Shown here in pieces: positions 26,886 through 40,987 of a stretch of DNA of 64,000 nucleotides. Position 1 is the first letter of the stretch; every line of letters starts with the position of its first letter. This DNA comes from Octopus vulgaris (lineage: Eukaryota), in assembly GCA_951406725.2 (NCBI GenBank), contig OX597826.1, positions 44,516,001-44,580,000 of the forward strand. The letters run 5' to 3'. The notes below the pieces were generated by a model. It ran no database searches and had not been told where the DNA came from. It saw only the letters and a program-made list of their open reading frames with translations. The position numbers were made by a program, and so were the translations under genes.

Positions 26886-27176
26886 ATGTAGACTTACTGT
26901 AAAGAGAATCTCTCATCACGTTGTGTCATTTTAACCGCGTTAAAGAGTTAAAAGGTTGCCACCGCAAGGGCAGGAGTTTGTGAGCAAAATGACATTAGTA
27001 TAGCTATATAAAACAGCTGTCTTTGTCCATTTTTACAGACATTATAATGGTTACAATGGTTGCTCGAGTTTGAATACATCGTGACAGACCTGGAACATTG
27101 TTATTGACAAATAGTAAGAAAAAACAATGGAAATAGGAATAGTGCGTGTTTTGCTTTGGTAAAATGACCCAACGTG

Positions 27177-27221
<45 letters not shown>

Positions 27222-27382
27222 TATATGCCAATAAATACACAAATATATGCGTATATATATGTGTGAGTGCGTGTGTCTATATATTTATACGTATATTCAC
27301 GGATGTCTAAGTATATATATAAATATAGACACATATATATATATATATAAATGTGTGCGTATACTTTTATAAATATATATAC

Positions 27383-27603
27383 ATACCTTCGAAACGCGGA
27401 GTAGATGAAACAGGGACAACTGAACAAAGGGAATATTCATTGTTGTATGTCTTGTACTCTTTGTTTTCGTTGTTTGAAAAAAATGTTCGTTTCCATGTTT
27501 TTGTTTTTATGTTTTCGTTTCTCATTGTGTTTTTGATGTCCTGTACCCATATATGCATCTATATATACATATGTAGGTATGTACATATATGTATTCATAT
27601 ATT

Positions 27604-27610
<7 letters not shown>
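27383..27610 (+). repeat. Unclassified interspersed repeat, possibly derived from a Penelope-like terminal repeat
   Basis: Homologous to 731-930. Starts CCTTCGAAACGCGGAGTAG. The class assignment is inference. Confidence 0.6.
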
Positions 27611-27653
<43 letters not shown>

Positions 27654-28227
27654 CACACATACATGCATACATGCACACACCCACTCATGCATACGCCGCA
27701 CGCGCGCACACGCACATATTTATACGTATATATATATGTGTATGTATGTCAAGTTGGGCATACTGTCAAGTTAAGCAACATAGAGCAAGCTTACTCCGAC
27801 CGAAACTGAAACTATAAATATTAATTATTAAATAAAAATGTAGATATTTCCAGTTCATTTATAAAAATGTGAATTTAATGTATATAATTGAGTGTATAAT
27901 TCAGTAAATGGCTAATATTTTGATCTTAAACAGATACAATTCTTGATTCCTTTCAATTTTAATGTATATTATAATCGTATGTATATTGAGCACATATGAA
28001 ATGATAATATCCGGTGAACAAAATAATAACGGTCTATCCTCAGTGTCATGACGGTGTTAGGTGCGTGTGCGTATGTATATTACTTGTATGTATGTTGGCC
28101 TTTAATTGAGTTAATCTTAAATTTTATTTCATTTGTGTTTGCCTTGAATAAAAATATATGCGTGTATACGTTTGTTAGTGCATATGTGTTATTTATGTAT
28201 GTATATGCTCATATATGTATATGTAGA

Positions 28228-28647
28228 GGCACAGGCGTAGCTGAGTGGTTAAGAAGCTTGCTTTTTAGGTATATGATTTTTCGGTTCGTTCTCGCTATGA
28301 GACACCTTGAGCAAGTGTTTTCTGCTATAGCTTCGGGCTGATTAAATACTTGTGAGGGCCATTAGTGTAAGGAAACTGAATAAAACACGTCGAATAGATA
28401 GTCACGCATGCAGGCACATACACACATACACACACATGTACAGAAACACACACACACAGACACACACACATGCATATGCTTGTTTTTGCATGTCTTCGTA
28501 ACCTAGCGGATAGGCAAACACTTTCGAGAGAATAAGCACCAGGCTAGCAAAATAGGTAATGGTGCGTATTTGCTCGACTAAACCATTCAAAATGCTGCCC
28601 TAGCATTGCTGTTGTCCCATGACTGAAACAAAATATAAAATAAAGAT
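28228..28647 (+). mobile_element. Diverged full-length SINE family B
   Basis: GGCACAGGCGTAGCTGAGTGGTTAAGAAGCTTG...GCAAGTGTTTTCTGCTATAGC...TTGCTCGACTAAA...ATGACTGAAACA. Confidence 0.75.
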
Positions 28648-29030
28648 ACATGTGCGCATACATATATGTGTTTGTATGTACGTCAAAAGTAAAAGTTTGA
28701 CAGGTAAGCCATACTCAGGTAGCAATACAGTGTTAACATTTACACACAAACAATGCAGATGGATATTGTCATAAAAACCTAATAGTCTTTGATCGCAACA
28801 AATTCACACATGAATGCTAACTTATTGGCTAACAATATATAAAAAGAAAGTACTTTAGAGGGGAGGTTTACCTGAGCTTAACCATGAATCTAAGAAACAA
28901 CACAGAAGTCGAGTATATTCTTTTAGATGAAATTGAAATGTCAAAAACAAAAACGCAATAAAACCAGTATATTCGTGTAATGAAACATGTACAGAAGTAA
29001 AGTAGTTACTCAAATATACAAATATAATAT

Positions 29031-29074
<44 letters not shown>

Positions 29075-29539
29075 TTTAGCTTAGTTGAAATATGTTTGAG
29101 ACATATTTCAACTGCACTTATTCTGAATGACAGCAATTTCAATTTCACGTTGTGACCTACTATTTTCGAATGCGGGTTACAGAAATTATGTAGAGGCTGC
29201 ATGGGTTTTGTGTAGTCTAAATGTTCTCCTCCGAAATTTACCATTATCTTCTTTTCGGAATTCCATTTGAGATTCGTACTTTTATGTCGTACTATTATAA
29301 ACATTCCTCACAAACAGTCGCGACTTGATTGTCGTTCATAATTGAGGAAATATTTTAGTTACATAAAGGTGATTTTTGTACCATTATTTTTATATTTTAA
29401 TTATATTGGTATTACTATTATTATTGCAGTATTCTAAAATTTGATGATTGTACTCTGCTTATGAGATATTCCTTTGTATGAGAAGCTTTTGGATTGTGTA
29501 AATGAATTCTACTCATTACTACATCACTGTGGAGAGAAA

Positions 29540-29890
29540 TATCGTTAATCTCAGATTTTAGATTTCCTGTTAATCTGATATGGATAATTAGCATATTTTA
29601 TGGGATGTTTCATTGTATTGTCTGTGTATAGTATTAATAAATCCAAACAGCACGACACATTTTTACTAGTAGATTTAAAGGTTGTTGCATGCAAATTCGT
29701 TGCCTTTGGGTGTCGACCACATGCAGAATTGGAACACGTGTTTCTGTAGGAGGAATTCTTATCGTTCAAGTAACATTTAAGGTCTGAAAATCACATGTTT
29801 GCTTCTGACGTAATAATACTCAGGATAATTTATTCAGTATGTTCATGATACATGTTAAAGACGGTTGAGTCAAATTTGAATGAGATTCGC
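29540..29890 (-). pseudogene. Possible Penelope-like linker/GIY-YIG remnant
   Basis: SACGRHPKATNLHATTFKST..NVSCCLDLLI weakly resembles the Cys-rich linker preceding the PLE GIY-YIG domain. Confidence 0.25.
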
Positions 29891-32510
29891 TTGCAAATTA
29901 TAGCAGGGTAGCCTGTCTGTCTCTTTGCCTGTCTGTCTATCTATCTACCTACCTATCTATCTATTTAGCTCTTATATATGTGTATGTATATATTATACAT
30001 AATTATATGTATATATTTACATATTTTATTGGAAACACCCACACATCCACCTACACATACATACTTACATATACATACATATACATACGAATACATATAC
30101 ATAGACACGTGTAAGCGTCTGTGTGTGAGTATGTATCTATCTATATTGTTAAAGTAAGTCTAAGTCTCACCTCTCAGTTAAAACTTATCTTCACTGAATT
30201 AATCTGTATGTGCGCCCGTGCCCGCACACGTATACGCACGCACACGCATGCACACACATACACACACGTACTCATATACACATATATTTATATGTCATAC
30301 ACGTACAAATCACATAAATATAATACGTATTTAAATTACATATGTGTGCGAATATTTGTACATGCACTGCTTCTGTTTGACACTGTGCCACTGTTCATGA
30401 TATTACTATCCTTGCAAATAATGCGACAATTTCTACCCCTACCCAAGTAGTTCTTCAGTTCGTAATCAGAAATATAACATATGCATACTCCAGCAATGAA
30501 TGAAAAATTGTCAATGTGACATCAATGTTACAGATGCAGATACTTGGAATCTATATTCTCACCGGTATAACTTTCTTAAATAAATTAAATTTGAAGACTA
30601 AGATGCAAATCAAATAACGAACATAAAAATCATACACTTCATAATATCATATCTATACTGCCAGACGAAATACAATTAATTATTTAGTTACCTCCTCTTA
30701 AGTTTCTGTATTCTAATTTCTCAGGGTGTTAGTGGCACAGTCTATCGCGTCGATGCTGTTGACAAAATAATGAGATAAAATAAATAAACAACTTCACATG
30801 TGTGATCTGTTTTAATTTCAGAAAGTTTTAGCAATTCAAAATCATCCCGAGTTGACGGGAAAAGACCACTATGTAGAAAGAAACATAGGCTGGGAACAGT
30901 GAATCGTGGCGTGTAAGCCAAAACTGGAGATGTGGATTATGTCACAAATGAGAGAAATGGGAAGCTGAAACGAAAATGAGATTACTACACGAAGATGATG
31001 CAAAAAAAAAATGTATACCCTTCCCACCTTTTGCTTAATTTACGAATTAAGCAACATTTATGAGGTGCCGCAAATGCTGAAAGTAAAGGTAAAGAATGTG
31101 CTACTGGAAATAGTGTCTATTAGTTGTGGGGAAAGTCTAGCAATGAAGAATAATTCCTCGGTCTGCAGAAGTGATTTAGTTTCCGATTCCAGTTTCTCGT
31201 TACACAGGAAACCCTGGAGAAGATCATTCTGAAAGAAATGCACTTGATGTACAGCACACAAATGAGTGCTTTTGTGCTAGAAAGACGATTGAAGCATGAT
31301 GTTTTAGTAGTTTTTACCAGTGACCTTGTGTCCTGCTCTCTATATCTCAGTTACAACAACAGCAGTAATAGAAGCAAGAAGTATAACACCAGCAACCAAA
31401 GTTTATCAACTCCAAGAGAAACAACATATATAAGCAGGATCATAACCAACCAAAGGAAACTCGTTTGAAATCCAAACACTTCCAAGAACCAAATCAGTAT
31501 ATTTATTCAGTCCCTTCTAACTTTTCTTGAAACAAAGAGGGAAACCAGTCGAGAAAAAGAATGAATAAGATTGACTCCATCACCTTCGAGGACTAAAATA
31601 TTCACATGACACAAGTCACAGATGCGCGAGAAGAGAAGCTAAATATCCTTACTAGAAACCATCTACTAGCACAACAGGAAAAAACAGCAACAACAACAAA
31701 ACAACAACACGAGCGAGTCACAATCAGAAGACAAACCATAATTATAAAAAAACAATCTTGGTAAAAACCAAAAGAAGCAATTAGAGCAGAATTACTGACA
31801 AGTACAAGCACACAACTACATCTAAACCTAAAACAAGTCAAGGCAACCCTGCAGTGTTGGGAGTATGAAAAGCGACCGTAGACGGAAAACACAAGGAACA
31901 CGATGATACAAACATGGGAAAGAGACCATACATAAAACATCCCACTCTCTCCTATAAACACCACGAATACAGTTCTGATGAAGACCACACCAGAAGTCTA
32001 CAGAGACTTTCGGGGAATGTTCTAAGAAAAGGTGTGACCTGTTAACAAAGAACAGCTAAAGAAATACTGCAGGGGGTCCTGTGGGAATACAGAGAATGTA
32101 GATTGTTCAGTTTATTATCTTTTTTTTAAGGAAAGCTGTGTTTTCCGCTTTTTGCTTTCTGTGTCTACGAGGATGTATTAAATTTAAGTTGCGAAAATAC
32201 AGCTCGCCTGGTGTCGATATCGAAGTAAATGGGCGTGCTTGACTATCCTCATTGTGTGAAGGTATAAGTCATAAGGACTAATATATCTAAAAACATCTAT
32301 AGCCATAGAACTGTACACACACATTCTCCTTCTGAACAATAACAGGATCTACGTTACAGTCAGTCGGCAATAATTGTGTGGATTGGTAGTGTTATGACAA
32401 TCTTGAAAAAGGATGATTTTACTGCACCCAAATGATACCAAGGTGGTCTCTGGCAGAAACAGAACAGAGAGCAGTGCATTCTTACGTATTAGTGTATCTC
32501 TCTCTCTCTC

Positions 32511-32545
<35 letters not shown>

Positions 32546-33236
32546 GTGTTTGTGTGTGTGTGTGATGGAACCTCGATCGATAATGAATATGACCTCTGTT
32601 ACTGTCTGGCAAAGCGGTGATGGCTTTTTAACCCCCAACTGATGATATGAAGCTTTTTTTTTTTTACCCCAACCATTATATAAATGTCTGTTCTCAGTTA
32701 AATGCAATGCAGAATAATGTGGATTAGCATTGTGTACAAACATGTATCTCTTCCGACCACCTTAACTGCGTTTGATTGGCAACATTTATTTCAAGATTGA
32801 TTGATATATTTTCTATCAGTAGTCGATAACATTTTGATTACCATACTTTGACTCTTATACTCGTGTGTGGTTAAGAAAACCAGTTTTCTAGTTGAAGATC
32901 TGAAGGGATTTTTATATCTATGGTGTTTCTATTCCGTGTTTCTTATTCCAGTTTTGCGTATTTAGTGCTTATCTCTTCAAAATGCTTCGGGCATTAAATA
33001 AATTGGAGCTCATTAATGCTCTATCAAATGTAATTATTTCTCATCTATCCGCATGAATATTACTATTACCAATTAACATACAGAGCAGATTTAAGGCAGT
33101 TTCTCTACTTTAACTCCGTTTGAAATGTGAGGGGAAGGAGATAAAAGTAATGGAACACCATACAAATTCATACAAAATCATACAAATCGCGAATATTTAT
33201 AAAATCTAAAACATTTGCACGTACACATATATGCAT

Positions 33237-33275
<39 letters not shown>

Positions 33276-36146
33276 TACAAGTACATAGAAACGAAAAATA
33301 GTTAGGAGACATTAATTGCTGCTACTATAATGCTGAATCCGGAGGAAAAATAATTGTAGGTGAAATCCGTAGTGGAGTAAGAGAAAAGATACATTCTTTT
33401 ATACTTGTTTGGATGGAAGAATTTAAAATAGAAATAGAAATGAGATTAAGTTTATTTATCCGTGAGTATTTAACTGTGATATATGGTAATTCCTTGAGCA
33501 GTAAAATGAGTGAGAAGGGATTGGTTTCGTAAATTGAAAACTCTAGTTATAGGTTTGTAGCTTGCTTGACTGTTAACGCGAATGTCAATATGGGTTCATA
33601 CAGAAGCTTTCATCCGAATAGCCCCTGATTTCTATTAGTTATAGAGAAATGTAGGTGACGAGGGTTTGTCTTTGCGGTTTGATATGAGAGTGTTGCTGAT
33701 GATGAAGGGGGACCAATGCAAAATACAGAATAGTGACTTTTAAAGAAAATGGGGTATTAATTATAAAATGCGGATGAGATCGAGTAATCGGGAGGTTATG
33801 CACGTTTTTGTTTCACTTAAAAGATAGTAGAGGGAGGTGAACTGATTATTCAGGATGATAATTACAGCTCGTGGTAGAAAAGATGCTGGCTAGTTAACTG
33901 ATGGGGTTTCATGCATTTAATAGCCCTTGCAATGTGAAAGTAGCTTTCACATTCTGATGCGTGAGCAGAACTGAACAGTACAGGTGGAGAGAATCGATTG
34001 AGAAGTTTATGTGATATATGAGTGATGTTCCGGTAGACGTTGCTGCGGTCATTGAGCATGATATAGGTAGTGGGACGCATGAGATGTCGGGGATATTATG
34101 TGAGAACAAGACGAATATCTCATAAGAAAAGAGTTGGGGAAATATAGTGAAAGGTTGGCTATCGATGATTTTGATCTGTGATTTCATGCAGACGTGAATG
34201 TTTCTTCACTTGTACATTAGAGAGTGTGGCTTCTGTAATTGATGAAATGGCGGCTGAAATATTTGGTTGACAGAGAGTAATGTTTTAGTATTCTGACATT
34301 ATTATAAATTTTTATTGCTATCATTTTTTGTTATTGGCTTTGTTTTGTTGCTACAGTAATACATTTTACTTCAAACGAGATTAAAAAGCAAAGGAAACTG
34401 TTAAATCAAACATATGATTGAAAGTACATCATAAAAGTTGCTGTTATAATGCATCTGTTTAAGATGTAACTGATGGCTGAGTTCAAAGGCATTTTTAGAA
34501 AGATATATAGGTTTGAAGTTTTAAGACAGCCATGTTGCAATTTCAAATAATTTCAGCTCAAATATGAATACAGATTTTTAAAATGTAGTTGTATTTGAAA
34601 AAGAAATACAAAACGTTTTTAATCATTATAAAATATGTGGGAAATATGAAGAAAAAATAGGAAATCGTAGGCGAAATAGAAATTGAACTCTAGTAGAGAG
34701 TGAAAAAGCCATAAAAGTGATAAACTATAATGCAATAATGAGAACAAAGAGACATGTAGTTACTGTTTTATTCATGTGTATGGAAAGTTCTTTATTTTTT
34801 TAATGTCAACACACAATAAAACTACACATTTAAAGAGTTTTCGGTCCTAAGAAGGTCTGAATTTATAGATATTTTGATCGTTAGTTCAGAGCGGAATCTC
34901 TTAACGGTCCAGTTGATATTTCAAAAAAAAAAAAAAAAATCAATATTGAATATTTTCATTGTCGTTAAACCGTATATTGGCCTCTTTGCAGATCTACCCT
35001 AATTATCGGTCACTATGGTTACAAAATGCATTTCAAGGGTACTCTGTGATGCATCCTCAGAGATGCTCCAAGAGTCGTAAGAGGGTTTACAACACTTTTA
35101 AATATCAGAGCCCGTTGCCCAGGTAATTCGGAATGGATCCGATGTTATAATTCCATAGGTTCACTTTAGTGCCCGTTTTACTATCAATTACCCATTTATC
35201 TGAAAATGCAAATAGATATATTTCATGATAACACACTTAAAACCCTCAGCCCAATTAATTTGGGGTGGGGTGGATGATGCATGACTGTAGATTTACTTTA
35301 GTGCAACTCTCTGAATCTTACCTGCATGTTGATCTGAGAATTCAATTACATATCTTATGATATACATTCCTAGTCCCTTTGACTCGAGGGTGGAGGATGT
35401 ATTGCCGTAGATTTACATTAATAGTCATTTCCTAATGGTATTTACTTATTGATTTTATAATACTATTACATTTGACATTATAGTACACATAGACAAACTG
35501 CGGTTATTACTGTCGGCGGGAAGATGAAGGCGGATGAAACATTAGATCAGCGTTCCAACAAAATTCTTATAACCAATTCAACTATACACAGGAAGGAAAC
35601 TATATTTCATGAAGTGACGATATCGAAAATAAATATTCCGGAAACCAAATATTGTTTACATATCACAAAGGTTTATAGAATTTTCATGATTATTTAACAT
35701 AGCTTGAATCTGCACTCTTTGCACATCGCTAGGTTAGCTCCTGCGGAGGGCTAATTATACTCCTGCGATCCAAGACTAGCGACAGCTAAACAGAATGACT
35801 ATATGCCCCGTTGGTGTTTGATCAGAGATTAAGGACGGATGAGAATTGATTCTGTAATGCAATCATTTTATAGCTCCAGTCCCAATTTGAATTCCAACTG
35901 TTGGCCAATTTGTCTCCACGTTCTTATTTCGACGTACAATAAACGAAGCGAATGTCATTTATCTCCCCCTTGATCTCTGACGTCACTTCACAAACGCCAA
36001 CCAAGTTGACGTGAATCAGTCAAGCTTTACCTGCTAGAGATAGCAACTCAAATGCTTCTAAATCAGATCTCAATGCTGAATGTTCATGAAGCATATGAAG
36101 GGCAGATTTTCAATCCCGGAATCATCCTGATTCCAAAAAGGTATAA

Positions 36147-36315
36147 GGCGCAGGTGTTGCTGTATGGTAAGTAGCTTACTTACCAACCACATGGTTCCGG
36201 GTTTCTTCCCACTGCGTTGCACCTTGGGCAAGTATCTTCTACTAGAGCCTTGGGCCGACCAAAGCCTTGTGAGTGGATTTGGTAGACAGAAACTGAAAGA
36301 AGCCCGTCGTATATA

Positions 36316-36366
<51 letters not shown>

Positions 36367-36572
36367 TTGTCTTTGTCCCCCCAACATCGCTTGACAACCA
36401 ATGCTGATGTGTTTACGTCCCCGTAACTTAGCGGTTCGAAAAAAGAGACCGATAAAATAAGTACTAGGCTTACAAAGAATAAGTCCTGGAGTCGATTTGC
36501 TCGACTAAAGGCGGTGCTCCAGTATAGCCGCAGTCAAATGACTGAATCAAGTAAAAGAGAAAAAAGAGAGAG
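36147..36572 (+). mobile_element. Full-length SINE family B
   Basis: GGCGCAGGTGTTGCTGTATGGTAAGTAGCTT head, internal (TA)n(TG)n, and 3' GCAGTCAAATGACTGAATCAAGTAAAAGAG. Confidence 0.92.
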
Positions 36573-37326
36573 GAAATGTAGGGGTCCCAAACGGACAGGC
36601 CAAATGTCGCTTTTATTGTTATAGATTAAAAGTGTTTAGCAAAATATTGAATAATGCCTATGGCTTTCATAGTCCCTATGACGAAGGTGACATAGATCTG
36701 GTAGCATAATCAGACGGAGTTGGCTTAAAAATTAGTGGAGTTCCGACTAATTAGTATAAGGAAGTATTACAAAATTCTGTGGAGATAGTATACCGTTTAG
36801 TCAGAATACGCTGGTTATGCAATACATCATAAAATATGATCGCATCACAGACAGAAAAAATAGTGAACGGAAATGTGTTAACATTTTGGCGAGAGATTCA
36901 ACTGAAAGTTTGAACAAAAACATACAACACAAGCGGTAACCAGTTTCTTAAACGCGCATACATAATCACAAATAAAATTTAGTGTCCAACTAACAAACAC
37001 TATTTCGTTATTAAAATCACTACCTAAACACAATACTTTTGTTATATTGATAAGCGTTTTGAACTAGTGCAGCAAAGTCTTCCAAAAATTTTAACACTGT
37101 ATGTTGGTTTAGCTCTTACTATTGCCACAAGAATGAAAGCATATTTTTAATATTGTTTTGAAAATGTACTTTTTTGTGGGAAACATCAACCATTATCTAA
37201 TAAAACTATCAAGGTAAACAGGAGTTAGTATTTCTTCTATAAATAAAATAGTTTTGAGGAAATAATGCAAGAGTGATGATAAAATCAGGTACACTTACAC
37301 ATAATATTATGTTACACCTAAATATA

Positions 37327-37370
<44 letters not shown>

Positions 37371-37376
37371 TAATGC

Positions 37377-37785
37377 ATATACTAATGTATATGCTTTGTA
37401 TATTTTCCGGTGGCTGTATGGCGTAGTAGTGGAGTTTATAACTCTCATTTCGCCGGTGTTATAACACATTAGAGCCATGGACAGGCGAGATAACTCACCC
37501 TCAATCCCTTCTGGGAGTGATGGACTTCGATGTTTCGCTATTTTTAGCTTATCAATACCACAAGCGATGAGCATATACGTCGTTGGACTGGCCAGCTGAC
37601 TCGCCTTCAACCCAAGGGGGGAGCCACAACAATTGCGAAATATCGATGTCCAAATGACATTGAGGGTGCGTTATCTCGCCTATCCATGGCTCAAGGGTGT
37701 TTCAGCACCAGCGAAATGAGAGTTATATACTCCGCCACGCCATTGCAGCCACCGGAAAATACAGAAAACATATACATTAGTATAT
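37377..37785. mobile_element. Foldback/MITE element with long (~160 bp) imperfect terminal inverted repeats
   Basis: Left arm ATATACTAATGTATATG..TTTTCCGGTGGCTG..ATAACTCTCATTTCGC..GAGCCATGGA.AGGCGAGATAAC.CACCCTCAAT is mirrored at 37635-37785. Confidence 0.82.
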
Positions 37786-37872
37786 GTATTTAACAATATT
37801 GATCATACTTGAGATACCTTTCCCTCATATGTATGCAATTTCCGGGTATGCCCAGCTCATGATTTTAAAAGC

Positions 37873-38100
37873 CATGAGCATATAACTTGTTGAACTGGCC
37901 AGCTGATTCGCCTTCTACTCAGGCAGTGTTGATAAGCCACAAAAATAGCGAAACAACGATGTCCATCACTCCCAAATAGGATTGATGGTGAGTTATCACG
38001 CCTGTCCATGACTCTAAGGTGTTTTAATACCGGCAAAATGAGAGCTATATAATCTGCTCCGCCATTGCAGCCACCGGAAAATACACAAAACATATACATT
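37873..38100. mobile_element. Partial tandem copy (core plus right arm) of the 37377-37785 element
   Basis: ATGAGCATATA..ACTGGCCAGCTGA.TCGCCTTC core and right arm ending GCAGCCACCGGAAAATAC..AAACATATACATT. Confidence 0.8.
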
Positions 38101-38149
38101 GCAGAAATTTGTAGAAAAAACAAGTTTGCTAATATTTTATAAATACAAC

Positions 38150-38370
38150 TAATAGTTTTATTCATCAAGGCATGCACCCATATTGCCAATACACTTTTGC
38201 CAACCCGGAACTGTAAAAGCCTGGCAATCTAGAGTCAATAAAATCTTGGAAGGCCTGTTTTACAGCATCGAAGAAATTAACTCTTTTTCCTACCAAAAAT
38301 CCAAATTCTGGAAGAAGTGGTATTCAGCGGGGGCAAGATCAGTTGAGTATGGTGGATGATGGAGAACACA
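38150..38370 (-). pseudogene. Mariner transposase C-terminal fragment
   Basis: Minus strand encodes LHHPPYSTDLAPAEYHFFQNLD / FFDAVKQAFQDFIDSR / WQKCIGNMGA. Confidence 0.8.
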
Positions 38371-38394
38371 CAATGAGCTCACTGTAAGTCGATA

Positions 38395-39335
38395 GTTTGA
38401 GAAGTTTCGGTCTAGTGACTTTGCTGTTAAAAATCAGCTCCGTGGTAGATTTGAGACCAAGGTGGATAATGATGAGGTGGAAACTGTAACGGATACATCT
38501 CACACTATGCATGAGTTAGCAGCAAGGTTTGATATTTCGATTCCAACTGTATTAGACCATCTGAAACAGATCGGCCAGGTAAAGAAGCTGGACGAGTGGA
38601 TACCACACAAACTGAACGAACATCAAATGACATTTTGTCTTGAACTTTGCTGTTCTTTGCTGTCACTGCATAAAAGAAAACCATTTTTACATCGTATTGC
38701 AACATGTGATGAAAACTGGATTATTTTCAAAAATAGCGCGGTTGGATAGAGACGAAGTGGCAAAAGACAATCCAATAAAGAATATTCATCATAAAAAGCT
38801 AATGATGTCTGGTAGGCAGTCCAGCGTTGGGGGATCCACTATAGCTTCATGAGACCTGGTAAGTTAATTACAGCGGATGTATACATCAACCAACTGGATG
38901 AAATGATGAATGAACTTGCAATTAAACAACCTATCTCGGTTGTTTCATTCTATTGCAAGACAATGTTCGACCACATGTTGTGCAAAGAAGGCTGTCAAAG
39001 TTATAGCAACTGAACTTGGAAGTACTCTGTCATCCATTCTATTCACCAGACCTTGCATCATTTGAATATCACAATTTCCAGGCATTAGGCAACATTTATG
39101 CAAGGAAAAAACTTCAAATCTGAAGAATATGCAAAAACAGCGTTTCGTGATTTCATCACCTCTTACTCTCCAGAATTGTTTGCTACCGGCATAAATATGC
39201 TACAGGTAAAATGGCAAAATTGTGTTGATAATTTAGGTGCATACTTTAATTAACTGCATTGCCTTTTTTTGATGAGATAAAATAAAATGAACTTTCATTT
39301 CAAAATTGGACATTTCATTTCCTAATGATCTGATA
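38395..39335 (+). pseudogene. Degraded mariner (DD34D) transposase with 3' flank
   Basis: ELAARFDISIPTVLDHLKQIGQVKKLDEWIPHKL, FLHRIATCDENWI, LQDNVRPH, HPFYSPDLA and KWQNCVDNLGAYFN*. Confidence 0.88.
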
Positions 39336-39984
39336 TACGTCTGTATATGAAATTAATGTAAGAAAAAGGGAACAGAAATTACGGAATCAGGTTTATTACC
39401 TTACGCCTGTTTCTGCTATAAGAAGCTAGGTCCTCATACCTAAGTATGTGCGCATCGCCTTATATTGTCTACGGAATCTTTAAAAGGGAGTCTATTTTTA
39501 TTTGTTTAAACATTGAGATTAGAGTTACATATGTATACGATACATACGATACAGTTACGTATGTATATACATGCATATATATTTGTATATTTGATTATTT
39601 GTTTAGAAATGCTATTCTTCGTTACCTTGAACTCAAAATAATACTACAGCCACAATAAACCTTCGATGCAGCAAAGATTAAATCTTGATTATGCAAAAAT
39701 AAATAAATAAAAATAACACACAATCGATGTATTTGATAAATTTAGTGATTTTTCACGATCTTTATTCAATACTTCCTCTCTGATCAAACTTGACACAATA
39801 TGGCTGAAAGCAATTTGTGCTTATTATTGGTTTAGGATACTTCAAATCAATAATTCAAAATCATGTGTATATATGTGCACGCACATACCTAAATATATGT
39901 GCGTGTGTGTGCGTGTATGCGTGAGTGTGCGGATATATGTATATACATATATATATACATATGTGTACACTCACATATATGTGC

Positions 39985-40255
<271 letters not shown>

Positions 40256-40896
40256 TACATGCGCATACGTATCTTGTATATTATTTTCAGAATGCACCTC
40301 GTCATCACGTTCATAGTTTACAAAGCATAGTTTTATATCCTCTCCAACATTAAAGACAAAGTATTATCGTTTATCACTTGCCGCCTACTGCTGCCGGCAA
40401 AACAGAACTGTTTCTAAAAAGTGATCTATATTTATTATTTACTTAGATGAAACTTATTATATAGTTGATGAGATTAATACGTTTAATGGGCTTTCGGCAA
40501 TGATGAGACAGGAAGATGCTCTTGTAATATGCAGCTTTGGAATGGAAGAATTAGAAGTATGTAAAGTAATATTTGCTATAATAACATTGGCATATACATG
40601 CATAAATATATACACACTTGTGTATAAGTAGTAATCCTACAAAACTAACATCATTCATTTCATCTTCGAAATGGTTTTCGTTTCAGCATTTAGAAGCATA
40701 TTTACTGTTAAGCAGAAAAACTGCGCTAGATTATTTAGCAAGGACAAGCATGAAACAATAACAGCAGGGGAATTGCGTGTTTGTATATGTATATACATGC
40801 GTACATACATGCGTAAATAAAAAGCCAACACTTCCTTTTGTCGGCTCATTGCCTGACAAGCGGTACAATGTCCACATATTTCTTTCTTACTTTCCT

Positions 40897-40934
<38 letters not shown>

Positions 40935-40987
40935 ACTCTCTCTTTTTCTCTCACTGTTCTTGTAGCTCATCCGACGAAAAAGTAGTT

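Noticed and set aside
30830-32100. Purine-rich block with short ORFs, possibly an old LINE ORF1
   Set aside because: No diagnostic motif could be recognised, so it is left unassigned. The same applies to 33280-34300, 45540-45960, 50220-50710 and 59464-59760.
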